DNA from: Methyloceanibacter sp. | Lineage (GTDB): Bacteria > Pseudomonadota > Alphaproteobacteria > Rhizobiales > Methyloligellaceae | Reading direction: 5' to 3' | Length of the DNA stretch: 64,000 nt | Assembly: GCF_050728395.1 (NCBI RefSeq) | Contig: NZ_JBOHJB010000001.1 | Coordinates: forward strand, 56,601-120,600 | Shown here: piece after piece, positions 28,952 through 38,185 of the stretch | How positions within the stretch are numbered: position 1 is the first letter of the stretch | Layout of the letters: each line of letters begins with the position of its first letter | The notes under the pieces: model-generated | Seen by the model: the letters and a program-made list of their open reading frames with translations, nothing else | Told to the model about the DNA's origin: nothing | The model's database searches: none | Translations under genes and position numbers: made by a program

Positions 28952-29908
28952 ATGCATGCCTTCGTCACCGGCGCTGCCGGCTTCATCGGCAGCAATCTCG
29001 TCGATCGCTTGCTCGAGCAGGGCCATCCGGTCGTCGGCTACGACAATTTTTCCACCGGCTTCAGGCCCTTTCTGCAAAGCGCATCGACGCACGCGAATTT
29101 TCGACTGTGCGAGGGCGACGTCTTGGACCTGGAGGGGATGACACGCGTCATGCGGGGGACCGACATCGTGTTTCACCTGGCGGCCAACGCCGACGTTCGC
29201 TTCGGTCTTCAGCACCCACGTAAGGATCTCGAGCAGAATACCATCGCGACGTTCAATGTGCTCGAAGCGATGCGCGCCAATGCGGTCGGCCGGATCGTGT
29301 TCTCATCGACCGGCTCGATCTACGGCGAAGCCGATATCGTTCCTACCCCGGAGAACGCGCCCTTCCCCGTACAGACGTCTCTCTACGGAGCCTCCAAGCT
29401 CGCCGGCGAGGGGCTGATCGAAGCCTATTGTGAGGGGTTTGGCATGCGCGGCTGGATCTTCCGCTTCGTCTCCATCCTTGGGCCGCGCTACACCCACGGT
29501 CACGTGTTCGACTTCTACGCGCAGCTTCTCGATCACCCGTCACGGCTGGACGTGCTTGGCAACGGGCGCCAGCGGAAGTCTTATTTGCACGTTCAGGACT
29601 GCATCGACGCCATGGGTTGCGCCTTGCGCATGGCTGAGAACAAGGTCAATGTCTTCAATCTTGGTACTGACGAATATTGTGAAGTGAACGACTCGATCGG
29701 GTGGATGACGGGTCATCTCGGCGTCAAACCCGCCCTCGCCTATAGCGGCGGCGATCGTGGCTGGGTTGGCGACAATCCCTTTATCTTCCTCGATGCGAGC
29801 CGCATACGGGCGCTCGGCTGGAAGCCGAAATACTCCATCCGCGAGAGCGTCATCGAGACCTTGGATTGGCTCAGCAAGAACCAATGGGTTCTGGTCAGCC
29901 GGCGATAA
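28952..29908 (+). CDS. NAD-dependent epimerase/dehydratase (NDP-sugar epimerase)
   Basis: TGAAGFIGS, HLAANADV, SSTGSIYG, YGASK, KSYLHVQD. Confidence 0.9.
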   Translation: MHAFVTGAAGFIGSNLVDRLLEQGHPVVGYDNFSTGFRPFLQSASTHANFRLCEGDVLDLEGMTRVMRGTDIVFHLAANADVRFGLQHPRKDLEQNTIATFNVLEAMRANAVGRIVFSSTGSIYGEADIVPTPENAPFPVQTSLYGASKLAGEGLIEAYCEGFGMRGWIFRFVSILGPRYTHGHVFDFYAQLLDHPSRLDVLGNGRQRKSYLHVQDCIDAMGCALRMAENKVNVFNLGTDEYCEVNDSIGWMTGHLGVKPALAYSGGDRGWVGDNPFIFLDASRIRALGWKPKYSIRESVIETLDWLSKNQWVLVSRR

Positions 29909-29986
29909 ATGCTGACGCTTGCCGATTTCGTGTGGATCGAAAGGCCTGTGAAGAGTGGTTCGAGTAACGCCTCATAGTCTGCAGCG

Positions 29987-31276
29987 ATGAAGATTTGCGT
30001 CTTTGGAACATGGCATCTGGGCTGCGTCACCGCTGCCTGCCTCGCCCATGCCGGCTACCTAACGACCGGCCTCGACTACGACCGGGCGGTTATTGCGGGT
30101 CTCCGGGCGGGCAAGGCTCCCTTGTTCGAGCCAGGACTGGACGAGCTGATCGCCGAAGGGATTGCCGCGTTCCGGCTGGACTTCGCGACAGACCCCAAGG
30201 CTGTGGCGGAGTGCGACATCGTCTGGGTGGCCTTCGATACTCCAGTCGACGACAATGACGTCGCCGACGTGCAATGCGTGATCGATGCCGCACGCGGCCT
30301 GTTGCCTCATCTCCGCGACGGCGCGGTCGTGCTGATCTCATCGCAGCTCCCTGTTGGCAGCACGCGCGCGTTGTCGGAGGATTTTCGCCGGGAAGAGCCC
30401 TCCAAGACATGCCACTTTGCCTATTCGCCGGAGAATTTGCGTCTTGGGAAGGCCATCGAGATCTTCAGGAACGCCGAACGTATCGTCGTGGGATGCGAGG
30501 ATGAGAGGGTCATCCAGGTCCTTCGCCCCGTGCTTGAGAATTTCACGCAAACCATCCTCTGGATGTGCCTCGAATCGGCGGAAATGGTGAAGCACGCCAT
30601 GAATGTTTTTCTCGCGACGAGCGTGACCTTCGCCAACGAGATGGCTTCGATTTGCGAGCGCGTGGGGGCGGACGCCGGCCAAGTGGAGCAAGCGCTTCGG
30701 CTTGAGCCTCGGATTGGTCCCAGAGCCTATATCAAACCAGGCACATCCTTTGCCGGCGGGACGTTGGCGCGCGATGTGATGTTCTTGCGGAGTATCGCGC
30801 GGCGCGAGGGCCTACACGTGCCGCTGATCGACGGCATTTTGCCGAGCAACAAGGCCCATCAGCGTTGGCCGGTTCGGCGTTTGACGGAGCGCTACGGGTC
30901 GTTGAAGGGTCGCAACGTGGCGGTGCTTGGACTCACCTACAAACCCGGGACGGACACGCTCCGCCGCTCATCCTCGATTGAGGTGTGCCGGGGGCTTGCC
31001 GAACTTGGCGCCAAGGTCACCGCCTTCGATCCGGCGATCCGCACCCTACCTCAGGAGCTCGAAAAGGTTATCCGTCTCACCGATAGCATCGAAGGGGCTC
31101 TGTCCGGCGCCGATGCCGCCATCGTGGCGACCGAGTGGCCCGAGTTCAAGTCGCTGTCGCCGAGCGTCTGCATCGATACCATGCGCAGCCCGTTGATCTG
31201 CGATCCTAATCGCTTCCTCGGGGCGGCTTTCGAGAACGCTCCGCAAATCACGTACATCACCGTGGGGAAAGCTTAA
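29987..31276 (+). CDS. UDP-glucose/GDP-mannose dehydrogenase family protein with non-canonical active site
   Basis: FEPGLDEL, FDTPVD, YSPENLRLGKA, SAEMVKHAMN and LGLTYKPGTDTLR. The catalytic GGxCxxKD motif reads GGTLARD. Confidence 0.85.
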   Translation: MKICVFGTWHLGCVTAACLAHAGYLTTGLDYDRAVIAGLRAGKAPLFEPGLDELIAEGIAAFRLDFATDPKAVAECDIVWVAFDTPVDDNDVADVQCVIDAARGLLPHLRDGAVVLISSQLPVGSTRALSEDFRREEPSKTCHFAYSPENLRLGKAIEIFRNAERIVVGCEDERVIQVLRPVLENFTQTILWMCLESAEMVKHAMNVFLATSVTFANEMASICERVGADAGQVEQALRLEPRIGPRAYIKPGTSFAGGTLARDVMFLRSIARREGLHVPLIDGILPSNKAHQRWPVRRLTERYGSLKGRNVAVLGLTYKPGTDTLRRSSSIEVCRGLAELGAKVTAFDPAIRTLPQELEKVIRLTDSIEGALSGADAAIVATEWPEFKSLSPSVCIDTMRSPLICDPNRFLGAAFENAPQITYITVGKA

Positions 31277-31277
31277 G

Positions 31278-32144
31278 ATGCGGCTCACCGGCAAATGCGC
31301 CATCGTCACGGGTGCGAGCCAGGGACTCGGCGCGGCAATAGCCGAACGCTTCGTGGAGGAAGGCGCCTCCTTGCTGATCTGCGCCCGCAGCGCCGACGCC
31401 ATCAACAGCGTTGCGGAGAAACTCTCTGCCAAGGCGAGCAGCGGTCAACAGATTGCCGCTTGCACCACGGACGTGGCCGATGCATCGCAGGTCGATAGCC
31501 TGGTGAAGCGCGCGCTGGACCTCTTCGGACGCATCGATATCCTCGTGAACAATGCAGGCATTTACGGTCCAATGGGCCTGACTCACGAGGTCGATTGGAA
31601 CGAATGGGTCGATGCCATCTCCATAAACCTGTTGGGGGTCGTCTATGCCTGCCGCGCCGTCACCCCGATCATGATCGCCCAAGACTCGGGCAGGATCGTC
31701 AACATCTCGGGCGGCGGAGCGACGAACCCCCTGCCCCGGCTGACCAGCTACGCAGCATCAAAGGCTGCCGTCGTGCGCTTCAGCGAGTCGCTTGCGCTCG
31801 AGCTCAAGGAGCACGGCATTACCGTGAACACGGTCGCTCCGGGCGCGCTGGCCACGCGAATGATGCGGCAAGTGCTCGAAGCCGGCCCCGAGAAGGTCGG
31901 TGCCGCGTTCCACGAGCGCATGGGCAAGCTCCACAGAGAAGGTGGGACGCCTCTCTCGGCCGGGGCCGATCTGACCGTCTATCTCGCCTCCGACGAGAGC
32001 GCCGGCATCACCGGAAGATTGATCAGCGCTGTGTGGGATCCTTGGCCGACCCTGCACATTCATGCCGCTGAACTCGAGTCCGCCGACATTTACACGCTTC
32101 GTCGTATCGTGCCCGCCGATCGCGGCCGCAGCTTCGATGACTAA
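31278..32144 (+). CDS. Short-chain dehydrogenase/reductase
   Basis: TGASQGLG, LVNNAG, YAASK. Confidence 0.9.
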   Translation: MRLTGKCAIVTGASQGLGAAIAERFVEEGASLLICARSADAINSVAEKLSAKASSGQQIAACTTDVADASQVDSLVKRALDLFGRIDILVNNAGIYGPMGLTHEVDWNEWVDAISINLLGVVYACRAVTPIMIAQDSGRIVNISGGGATNPLPRLTSYAASKAAVVRFSESLALELKEHGITVNTVAPGALATRMMRQVLEAGPEKVGAAFHERMGKLHREGGTPLSAGADLTVYLASDESAGITGRLISAVWDPWPTLHIHAAELESADIYTLRRIVPADRGRSFDD

Positions 32145-32147
32145 GCC

Positions 32148-33119
32148 ATGAAACTCGGGATCGTCGGTTGTGGATTGATCGGACAGAAGCGCGCCGCGAC
32201 AGCAGCAAGCGGCCAGGTCGCCATCGTCTGCGACACCGACATCGAGCGGGCGAGATCGCTTGCGTCACGCACCGGCGCCGATGCGGTCGAGGACTGGCGC
32301 AAAGTGATCGCGGCAAACATCGATGCGGTCATCGTCGCCACGACGCACGACAGCCTCGCCGAGATTTCCACGGCGGCTGCGGAAGCCGGAAAGCACGTGC
32401 TCGTCGAAAAGCCTGCCGGGCGGAACTTCGCCGAGGCGGCGCGGGTCCGCGATGCGGGGCAGCGGAGCGGGATCGTGGTAAAGGTCGGCTTCAATCACCG
32501 TTTCCACCCAGGCCTGAGCGCAGCGAAGGACATCGTCAGTTCCGGCGCGCTGGGGCCGCTATACTATGTTCGCGGCCGTTACGGACATGGCGGGCGCGTG
32601 GGCTACGAGCAAGAATGGCGCTGTCAGCGCGAGATTTCCGGCGGCGGTGAACTGATCGACCAGGGAAGCCACCTGATCGATCTGTCGCGCTGGTTCTTGG
32701 GCGATCTCGCTCTCGACTATGCCGTAACGCCGACGTTCTTTTGGGATGTCGCCGTCGACGACAATTGCTTTCTTGCCCTGCGCGGCACCAAAAGCGAAGT
32801 CGCCTGGCTGCACGCCACCTGGACCGAGTGGAAGAACATGTTCTCGTTTGAGATCGTGGGACGCGACGGTAAACTCACCAGCGAAGGCCTCGGCGAGAGT
32901 TACGGCGTCGAGCGGCTCACCTTCCACAAGATGCTTCCTCAAATGGGACCGCCCGAGACCGTCACCTGGGAGTATCCGTTTCCGGATACGTCGTGGCAGT
33001 GCGAGTTTGAAAGCTTCACCGCCGCCGTCGAGGGCAGACCTTCGCGGATTGCCGACATCAGCGACGCATGTGCAGTTCTTGCGATTGTCGAACAAGCATA
33101 TGCAGGAGCCAGCAGATGA
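32148..33119 (+). CDS. Gfo/Idh/MocA family oxidoreductase
   Basis: GCGLIG, HVLVEKP, GGGELIDQGSHLID. Confidence 0.9.
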   Translation: MKLGIVGCGLIGQKRAATAASGQVAIVCDTDIERARSLASRTGADAVEDWRKVIAANIDAVIVATTHDSLAEISTAAAEAGKHVLVEKPAGRNFAEAARVRDAGQRSGIVVKVGFNHRFHPGLSAAKDIVSSGALGPLYYVRGRYGHGGRVGYEQEWRCQREISGGGELIDQGSHLIDLSRWFLGDLALDYAVTPTFFWDVAVDDNCFLALRGTKSEVAWLHATWTEWKNMFSFEIVGRDGKLTSEGLGESYGVERLTFHKMLPQMGPPETVTWEYPFPDTSWQCEFESFTAAVEGRPSRIADISDACAVLAIVEQAYAGASR

Positions 33120-34096
33120 TCATCGCCCGTAGCCCCTTGCGCATCACGCTTGGCGGCGGAGGGACCGACCTTCCGTCCTACTACCGGGATCATGGAGGAT
33201 TCCTGATCGCGGCAGCCATCGACCGCTACGTCTACATCACCATCCATATGACGTTCGTCGACTATCTCATCGTCAAATATTCCAAGCTCGAGCAGGTCAC
33301 CTCCATCGACGAGCTGCAGCACCCGATCATCCGCGAAGCCATGAAGTTGCTTGGCGTCAGTTGCAAGCGGCTCGAGATCACGAGCATGGCGGACATTCCC
33401 GCAGGCACGGGGCTCGGCTCCTCCGGCAGCTTCACCACGGCGTTGCTGCGGGCGCTCCATGCCTATCAGAAGAACCTCGTCAGCCCCCAAACGCTGGCCG
33501 AGCAGGCTTGCCATATCGAAATCGACCTTCTCGGCGAGCCGACCGGCAAGCAGGACCAATTTATCGCTTCATTCGGCGGTGTGACCTGCTTCCATTTCAA
33601 CAAAGACGACACCGTCTCCGCCGCACCTGCACAGATTTCGCCCGAAACGCTGGACAATCTCGAAGACGGATTGGTGATGTTCTTTACCGGCGTTACCCGT
33701 TCTGCCGGAACCATCCTCAAGGAGCAGGACGACAAATCGAAAGCCAAGGACAGCTCGGTGATCGATAATCTGCACTATGTGAAGGATCTCGGCTTGCGCA
33801 GCCTCAACGCGCTTGAAAGCGGCGACCTCTACATGTTCGGCGTGCTTATGGATGAGCACTGGAAGCACAAGAAGAAGCGCTCCAACCACATGACAAATCC
33901 GGAGATTGACCACTGGTACGACCTCGCCATGCGCAATGGCGCGCGGGGCGGCAAGCTGATCGGCGCCGGTGGCGGAGGATTCCTGTTGTTCTACACCGAG
34001 GACAAGAAGCGTGTGCGGCATGTCATGCGCGAGACGGGGCTCGAGGAGGTGCGCATCCGTTTCGATTTCGAAGGCACCAAGATCATCGTGCAATGA
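33116..34096 (+). CDS. hddA: GHMP sugar kinase (HddA/LmbP-like heptose/octose-phosphate 1-kinase)
   Basis: ARSPLRITLGGGGTD, GTGLGSSG, GKQDQ, GKLIGAGGGGF. ATGA coupling at 33116. Confidence 0.85.
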   Translation: MIIARSPLRITLGGGGTDLPSYYRDHGGFLIAAAIDRYVYITIHMTFVDYLIVKYSKLEQVTSIDELQHPIIREAMKLLGVSCKRLEITSMADIPAGTGLGSSGSFTTALLRALHAYQKNLVSPQTLAEQACHIEIDLLGEPTGKQDQFIASFGGVTCFHFNKDDTVSAAPAQISPETLDNLEDGLVMFFTGVTRSAGTILKEQDDKSKAKDSSVIDNLHYVKDLGLRSLNALESGDLYMFGVLMDEHWKHKKKRSNHMTNPEIDHWYDLAMRNGARGGKLIGAGGGGFLLFYTEDKKRVRHVMRETGLEEVRIRFDFEGTKIIVQ

Positions 34097-34815
34097 CCGA
34101 GATGCCGCCATTGGCGCTGCTGGCGGGCGGCTTGGCCACGCGACTGCGGCCACTGACACAGCAGATGCCGAAGGCGATGATCGAGGTCGCCGGCGAGCCG
34201 TTCATCGCTCATCAGCTCCGCCTTTTGCAGCGCGAGCGCGTTTCGCGCGTGGTGCTTTGCGTCGGGTATCTTTGGGAGCAGATCGCGGAGTTCGTCGGCG
34301 ACGGCGGCAGGTTCGGCGTCAACGTCAGTTACCAGGTCGACGGTCCGGAGTTGCTCGGCACCGGTGGAGCGCTCCGCGCCGCGCTTCCCGAGCTCGGAAG
34401 CGAGTTCCTCGTGATGTACGGCGACAGCTGGCTCGACACGGCCTATGCGCCGATCGTCGATGCATTCCGGGCGAGCGGCAAGCCTGCATTGATGACCGTG
34501 TTCCGCAACGATGGGAAATGGGACACGAGCAATGTCTGGTTCGATGAAGGGCGCATCAGGTGCTACGACAAGGCGGAGCGCCTGCCGCAGATGCGCCATA
34601 TCGACTGGGGGCTCGGAATACTCCGCTCCGAGGTGCCGTCAGCGCGGTCCCCGGGCGTTTCGTTCGATCTCGCCAGCGTCTATGCCGAGCTTGCGCAATC
34701 CGGCAACCTCGCGGGCTATGAGGTGAAGACCCGCTTCTACGAGATCGGGTCGCCGGACGGCTTGCGCAAAACCGACGCGCTGCTCCGCGGCAGGGTCGCG
34801 CCGACGTCCCTTTGA
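34093..34815 (+). CDS. hddC: Sugar-1-phosphate nucleotidyltransferase (HddC/LmbO-like)
   Basis: LAGGLATRLRPLT..MPK.MI.VAGEPF, LGTGGAL, MYGDS, FYEIGSP. Confidence 0.78.
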   Translation: MTEMPPLALLAGGLATRLRPLTQQMPKAMIEVAGEPFIAHQLRLLQRERVSRVVLCVGYLWEQIAEFVGDGGRFGVNVSYQVDGPELLGTGGALRAALPELGSEFLVMYGDSWLDTAYAPIVDAFRASGKPALMTVFRNDGKWDTSNVWFDEGRIRCYDKAERLPQMRHIDWGLGILRSEVPSARSPGVSFDLASVYAELAQSGNLAGYEVKTRFYEIGSPDGLRKTDALLRGRVAPTSL

Positions 34816-34825
34816 CCCGACCGCC

Positions 34826-35575
34826 CTACGAGGCGGCGCGTTTGCCCGGACTCTCGATCTGATAGCCCGCCGATGCCGCGTCGTTGTAGAACATCTTCAC
34901 CGTGTCCAGCGAGTAATCCTTGAGATCCTTGCCGACCAGAGCGAGCTTCTTCAAATGGTCGTTGGTGACGGTGATGATGTGGCAGCCGATTGCATCTGCC
35001 TGGAAGATGTTCAGCACCTCCCGAGGGCTCGCCCAGAGCAGCTCGGCCTTCGGACGTCCCTTCAACAGGCGAAGCGCCTCGGCCATATGCGGCACCGGAT
35101 CGCGTCCGGTATCGGCGATGCGGCCGGCAAAGACCGACACCACCGCCGGCACGCTCTCCGCCAACGCCTCGCCGACACGCGAGACCTGCTCCAGCGTCGT
35201 CATGGCGGTGACATTGAGTTTCACCCCTGCCCGCGACAGCATTGCGATCAATGGGCCGGAGAAATCGCCCTTGGTATTGGTCACCGGGATCTTCACATAG
35301 ACATTGTCACCCCATGAAGAGATCTCACGCGCCTGCGCCTCCATCGAAAGGAAGTCGTCGGCGAACACTTCGAAGGAGATTGGGCGATCGGGGATGATGG
35401 TCAGCACATCATGGGCAAAAGACTTGTAGTCGTTCACACCGGCCGCGCGCATCAGCGTGGGGTTGGTGGTGAAACCCTTGATGAGTGGGTTGCCGGCTGC
35501 CTGGCGCATGGCGTTGAGGTCGGCGCCATCGGCGAAAATCTTGATTCTGAGTTGGTCGACGCTCGGTGTGCTCAT
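34826..35575 (-). CDS. tal: Transaldolase (short Tal/FSA family)
   Basis: IFADGA, GFTTNPTL, ISFEV, VYVKIP (Schiff-base Lys), SVFAGRIAD, LWASPRE. Confidence 0.88.
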   Translation of the reverse strand: MSTPSVDQLRIKIFADGADLNAMRQAAGNPLIKGFTTNPTLMRAAGVNDYKSFAHDVLTIIPDRPISFEVFADDFLSMEAQAREISSWGDNVYVKIPVTNTKGDFSGPLIAMLSRAGVKLNVTAMTTLEQVSRVGEALAESVPAVVSVFAGRIADTGRDPVPHMAEALRLLKGRPKAELLWASPREVLNIFQADAIGCHIITVTNDHLKKLALVGKDLKDYSLDTVKMFYNDAASAGYQIESPGKRAAS

Positions 35576-36120
35576 GTGCGATCTCCCGTTTGCGTCCCCT
35601 CAAGTATAGCCGCGGCAGCTTCGATCAGCGAACTGATTATTTTATCGGGCTGCATTGACCCTTCTTGCTCGTAACCGTGATCCACGAATAGCGTCTTGCA
35701 CCCGGCGGCACGCCCAGCTTCCATGTCGCGCCAGCGATCGCCGACGAGATAGCTCGACGAGAGATCGATCCCCCACTCCGCTGCGGCGTCGAGCAGCATG
35801 CCTGGCTTGGGCTTGCGGCAATGGCAATTGTCGGTGTTGAGGTGAGCGCACATCTTGATGCCGTCGATCTGGAGCTCCGCCCGGATCTTGTCGTGCATGG
35901 CATCGACGGTCGCCTGTGAGGTCCGACCGGTCGCAAGGTCCGGCTGATTGGTGATGACGATGATCGTGAAGCCGGCCTTCTTGAGGGCGCCGATGGCTTC
36001 CCCTACTCCCGGCAGGAACCGGAAATCTTCGAGCCGGGTGGGAGCCACGGCCTTTCCATCGCGCTCCACGTTGGCATTGATGACGCCGTCCCGGTCGAGG
36101 AAGACGGCCCTAGTCACCAT
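35572..36120 (-). CDS. gmhB: HAD-family sugar bisphosphate phosphatase (GmhB/LmbK-like)
   Basis: AVFLDRDGVIN, ITNQPD, CHCRKPKPGM, VGDRWRDMEAG. True start ATG 36120 lies inside the longer ORF. Confidence 0.88.
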   Translation of the reverse strand: MVTRAVFLDRDGVINANVERDGKAVAPTRLEDFRFLPGVGEAIGALKKAGFTIIVITNQPDLATGRTSQATVDAMHDKIRAELQIDGIKMCAHLNTDNCHCRKPKPGMLLDAAAEWGIDLSSSYLVGDRWRDMEAGRAAGCKTLFVDHGYEQEGSMQPDKIISSLIEAAAAILEGTQTGDRT

Positions 36121-36698
36121 TTGGTCGCGTGCTTCTGCAGCTTCGGATTCGATACGAGGCAGTGCCAAACGACGGCCTGGAAGGCCTCGGATAAAGGCGT
36201 CACCCTCGACTCCTCGACGGTCGGAATCACCACGACAACGTCGCCAGCCTTCTTGGTATAGCCGCCGTCGCGGCCGACGATGCCGAACACTTTCAGGCCG
36301 CGCTGCTTGGCCTCCTGGATCGCTGCCACGATATTCGGGCTCACGTTCTTTTCGAGATTGCCGCCGCCGACGGAGAAGATCAGGATCGCATCCTTGGCAT
36401 TGGCGCGGCTCACTTTGAGCCACTCGGCGAACACCGTTTGCCAGCCTTCGTCGTTGGTGCGTGCCGTGAGCTCCGAGACATTGTCGGTCGGAGCGTAGGC
36501 CTCGATGCCGCACAGCTTGCGAAAGTCATTGACGGCATGGCTGCTGTTGCCGGCACTGCCGCCCACGCCGAGAATGAACAGACGTCCGTCGCGCTCGCGC
36601 AGGGCGACGAGCTCGTCGCAAAGGGACTCGACCGTCTCCGGGGACAGAAGCGTCGCGGTTTGGCAGACTTCACCAAGGAAGGTGGCAGCGTGGGTCAT
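36114..36698 (-). CDS. gmhA: SIS-domain phosphosugar isomerase (GmhA-like, atypical)
   Basis: LFILGVGGSAGNSSHAVND, LTARTNDEGW..VF, SEAFQAVVWH. Start trimmed to ATG 36698. Confidence 0.8.
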   Translation of the reverse strand: MTHAATFLGEVCQTATLLSPETVESLCDELVALRERDGRLFILGVGGSAGNSSHAVNDFRKLCGIEAYAPTDNVSELTARTNDEGWQTVFAEWLKVSRANAKDAILIFSVGGGNLEKNVSPNIVAAIQEAKQRGLKVFGIVGRDGGYTKKAGDVVVVIPTVEESRVTPLSEAFQAVVWHCLVSNPKLQKHATKW

Positions 36699-36848
36699 TG
36701 ACGGTTTGCCTCCACCACACTCAAACGCAACCATATGGCGGGAATTATCCGGAGGATACACAGAGTGTTGCTGTGGGGGTATGCTGGTTTATCCTTTGGG
36801 GACTGGCAATAGCCCTATCTTATCCTGCCACGCGAACTTTGAACAAAA

Positions 36849-37820
36849 ATGCACGACACCGAAAAAGTGAGCAAACACTGGGGCAAGCGGCGGACCGGCG
36901 TGCATTCGAGGAACCATTGGCTGAACCACCCGCTTACGCGAGCCCATCTCTGCACGAGAATATCAGGCGATCCTAAGAAGGGGTCTCTCGACCATTGGAT
37001 TCACGATTACATCCCAAAGCCAATCGAATCAGCTTTGTCTGTTGGATGCGGCTTTGGAGCGTTTGAGCGTTCGTTGATCAAGAACAATGTCACTCAGCAC
37101 GTTCTTGGCATTGACTTGAGCAGGGACGCGATTGCCGCGGCTGAAGCCGCCGCCGAGGCCGAGGGGCTATCGGACCGCATCACTTATAGAAGCTTGGACC
37201 TGAATTCTTATGAGCTCCCTGAAGCGGGCTACGATGCCATTTTCGGAATTTCCTCTTTCCATCACATTTTTGCTCTGGAGTCTGTTTTCTGCAATTGCCG
37301 TCAGGCTCTCAAACCCAACGGGTTGATGTTTTTGGACGAGTACATCGGCCCCTCCCGCTGGCAGCTTTCGGAGACGGCTTTCGAAACAATGAACGCAATT
37401 CTCGCGATCCTGCCGGAGCGCTACCGGCAGCGACTCGAAACCGATCCGATACTTACAAAGCAGCAAATCGACCCGCCGCCCATTTCATGGTTTGAGGAGA
37501 ATGATCCCTCGGAGTCGATCCGTTCAAGTGAGATCATGAACGTACTCAAGCTATATTTTGATGTTCTCGATTTTCGAGGGTACGGGGGCGGCCTTACTCA
37601 TCTCCTCTTGTCTGGCATCGCTGCAAATTTCGACGAGAATAACCAGGACCATGCTTGCATTCTGCGTCTGATTCTACTGTTAGAGGATACCTTGGAGAGG
37701 CACGGCATCATCACAGGTGACTTTGCGGCGATTGTCGCGAGGCCTAAGACCTCCGCGTCACGACGCGAAAATTCGTCAATAAGAAAAATCGAATCGTCCA
37801 CGAATGGCCGATATGCCTGA
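36849..37820 (+). CDS. Class I SAM-dependent methyltransferase
   Basis: LSVGCGFG, GIDLS, SSFHHI, LFLDEYIGP-like motif (MFLDEYIGP). Confidence 0.85.
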   Translation: MHDTEKVSKHWGKRRTGVHSRNHWLNHPLTRAHLCTRISGDPKKGSLDHWIHDYIPKPIESALSVGCGFGAFERSLIKNNVTQHVLGIDLSRDAIAAAEAAAEAEGLSDRITYRSLDLNSYELPEAGYDAIFGISSFHHIFALESVFCNCRQALKPNGLMFLDEYIGPSRWQLSETAFETMNAILAILPERYRQRLETDPILTKQQIDPPPISWFEENDPSESIRSSEIMNVLKLYFDVLDFRGYGGGLTHLLLSGIAANFDENNQDHACILRLILLLEDTLERHGIITGDFAAIVARPKTSASRRENSSIRKIESSTNGRYA

Positions 37821-37951
37821 GCGCGGTTGAAGGCGATGCCGTGTCCAAGGTGGCGTGCCAGTCTGGAGAGTAGGAACCATGGCAATAACGACATCCCCTC
37901 ATTTTTATGGTTTTCTCCTCCGTGGACTGTGAACCCTCAAAGGAAAATGAG

Positions 37952-38185
37952 ATGCGATCCATTTTGTTCACTGCTGCGGGTTGTCTTGCCCTAGCGGCTT
38001 GTGACCAGCAAGCCGCACAACAGGAGAAGCAACCGGTACCCCCCATCCAAAATGCTAGCGTTTGTGCTGATGATATTACAAAGCTCTGTCCTGGGGTTGA
38101 GGGCGGAGGCGGGCGCATTGGCGCGTGTCTCGCAGCTCACAAAGACCAAGTGAGCGAGGCGTGTAGAAAATTCAATAATCTCTAA
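37952..38185 (+). CDS. Small lipoprotein with one cysteine-rich (GLG1-like) repeat
   Basis: Lipobox LAAC; C-x7-C-x12-C-x11-C pattern (CADDITKLC...IGACL...SEAC); AGGA upstream. Confidence 0.7.
   Translation: MRSILFTAAGCLALAACDQQAAQQEKQPVPPIQNASVCADDITKLCPGVEGGGGRIGACLAAHKDQVSEACRKFNNL

Noticed and set aside
34816-34845. Short CCGCC...GGCGG hairpin between convergent hddC and tal
   Set aside because: It has only a 5-bp stem, overlaps the stop codon and lacks a U-tract, which is too weak to call a terminator.
36121-36513. N-terminal extension of the 313-aa ORF 35572-36513
   Set aside because: It overlaps the SIS gene in another frame. The HAD motif starts right after ATG 36120, so this is not a real fusion.
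28952-36698. Reading the block as a lincosamide antibiotic cluster
   Set aside because: There are no NRPS-like, propylproline, mycothiol/ergothioneine-handling or resistance genes, and the context is surface-glycan assembly.
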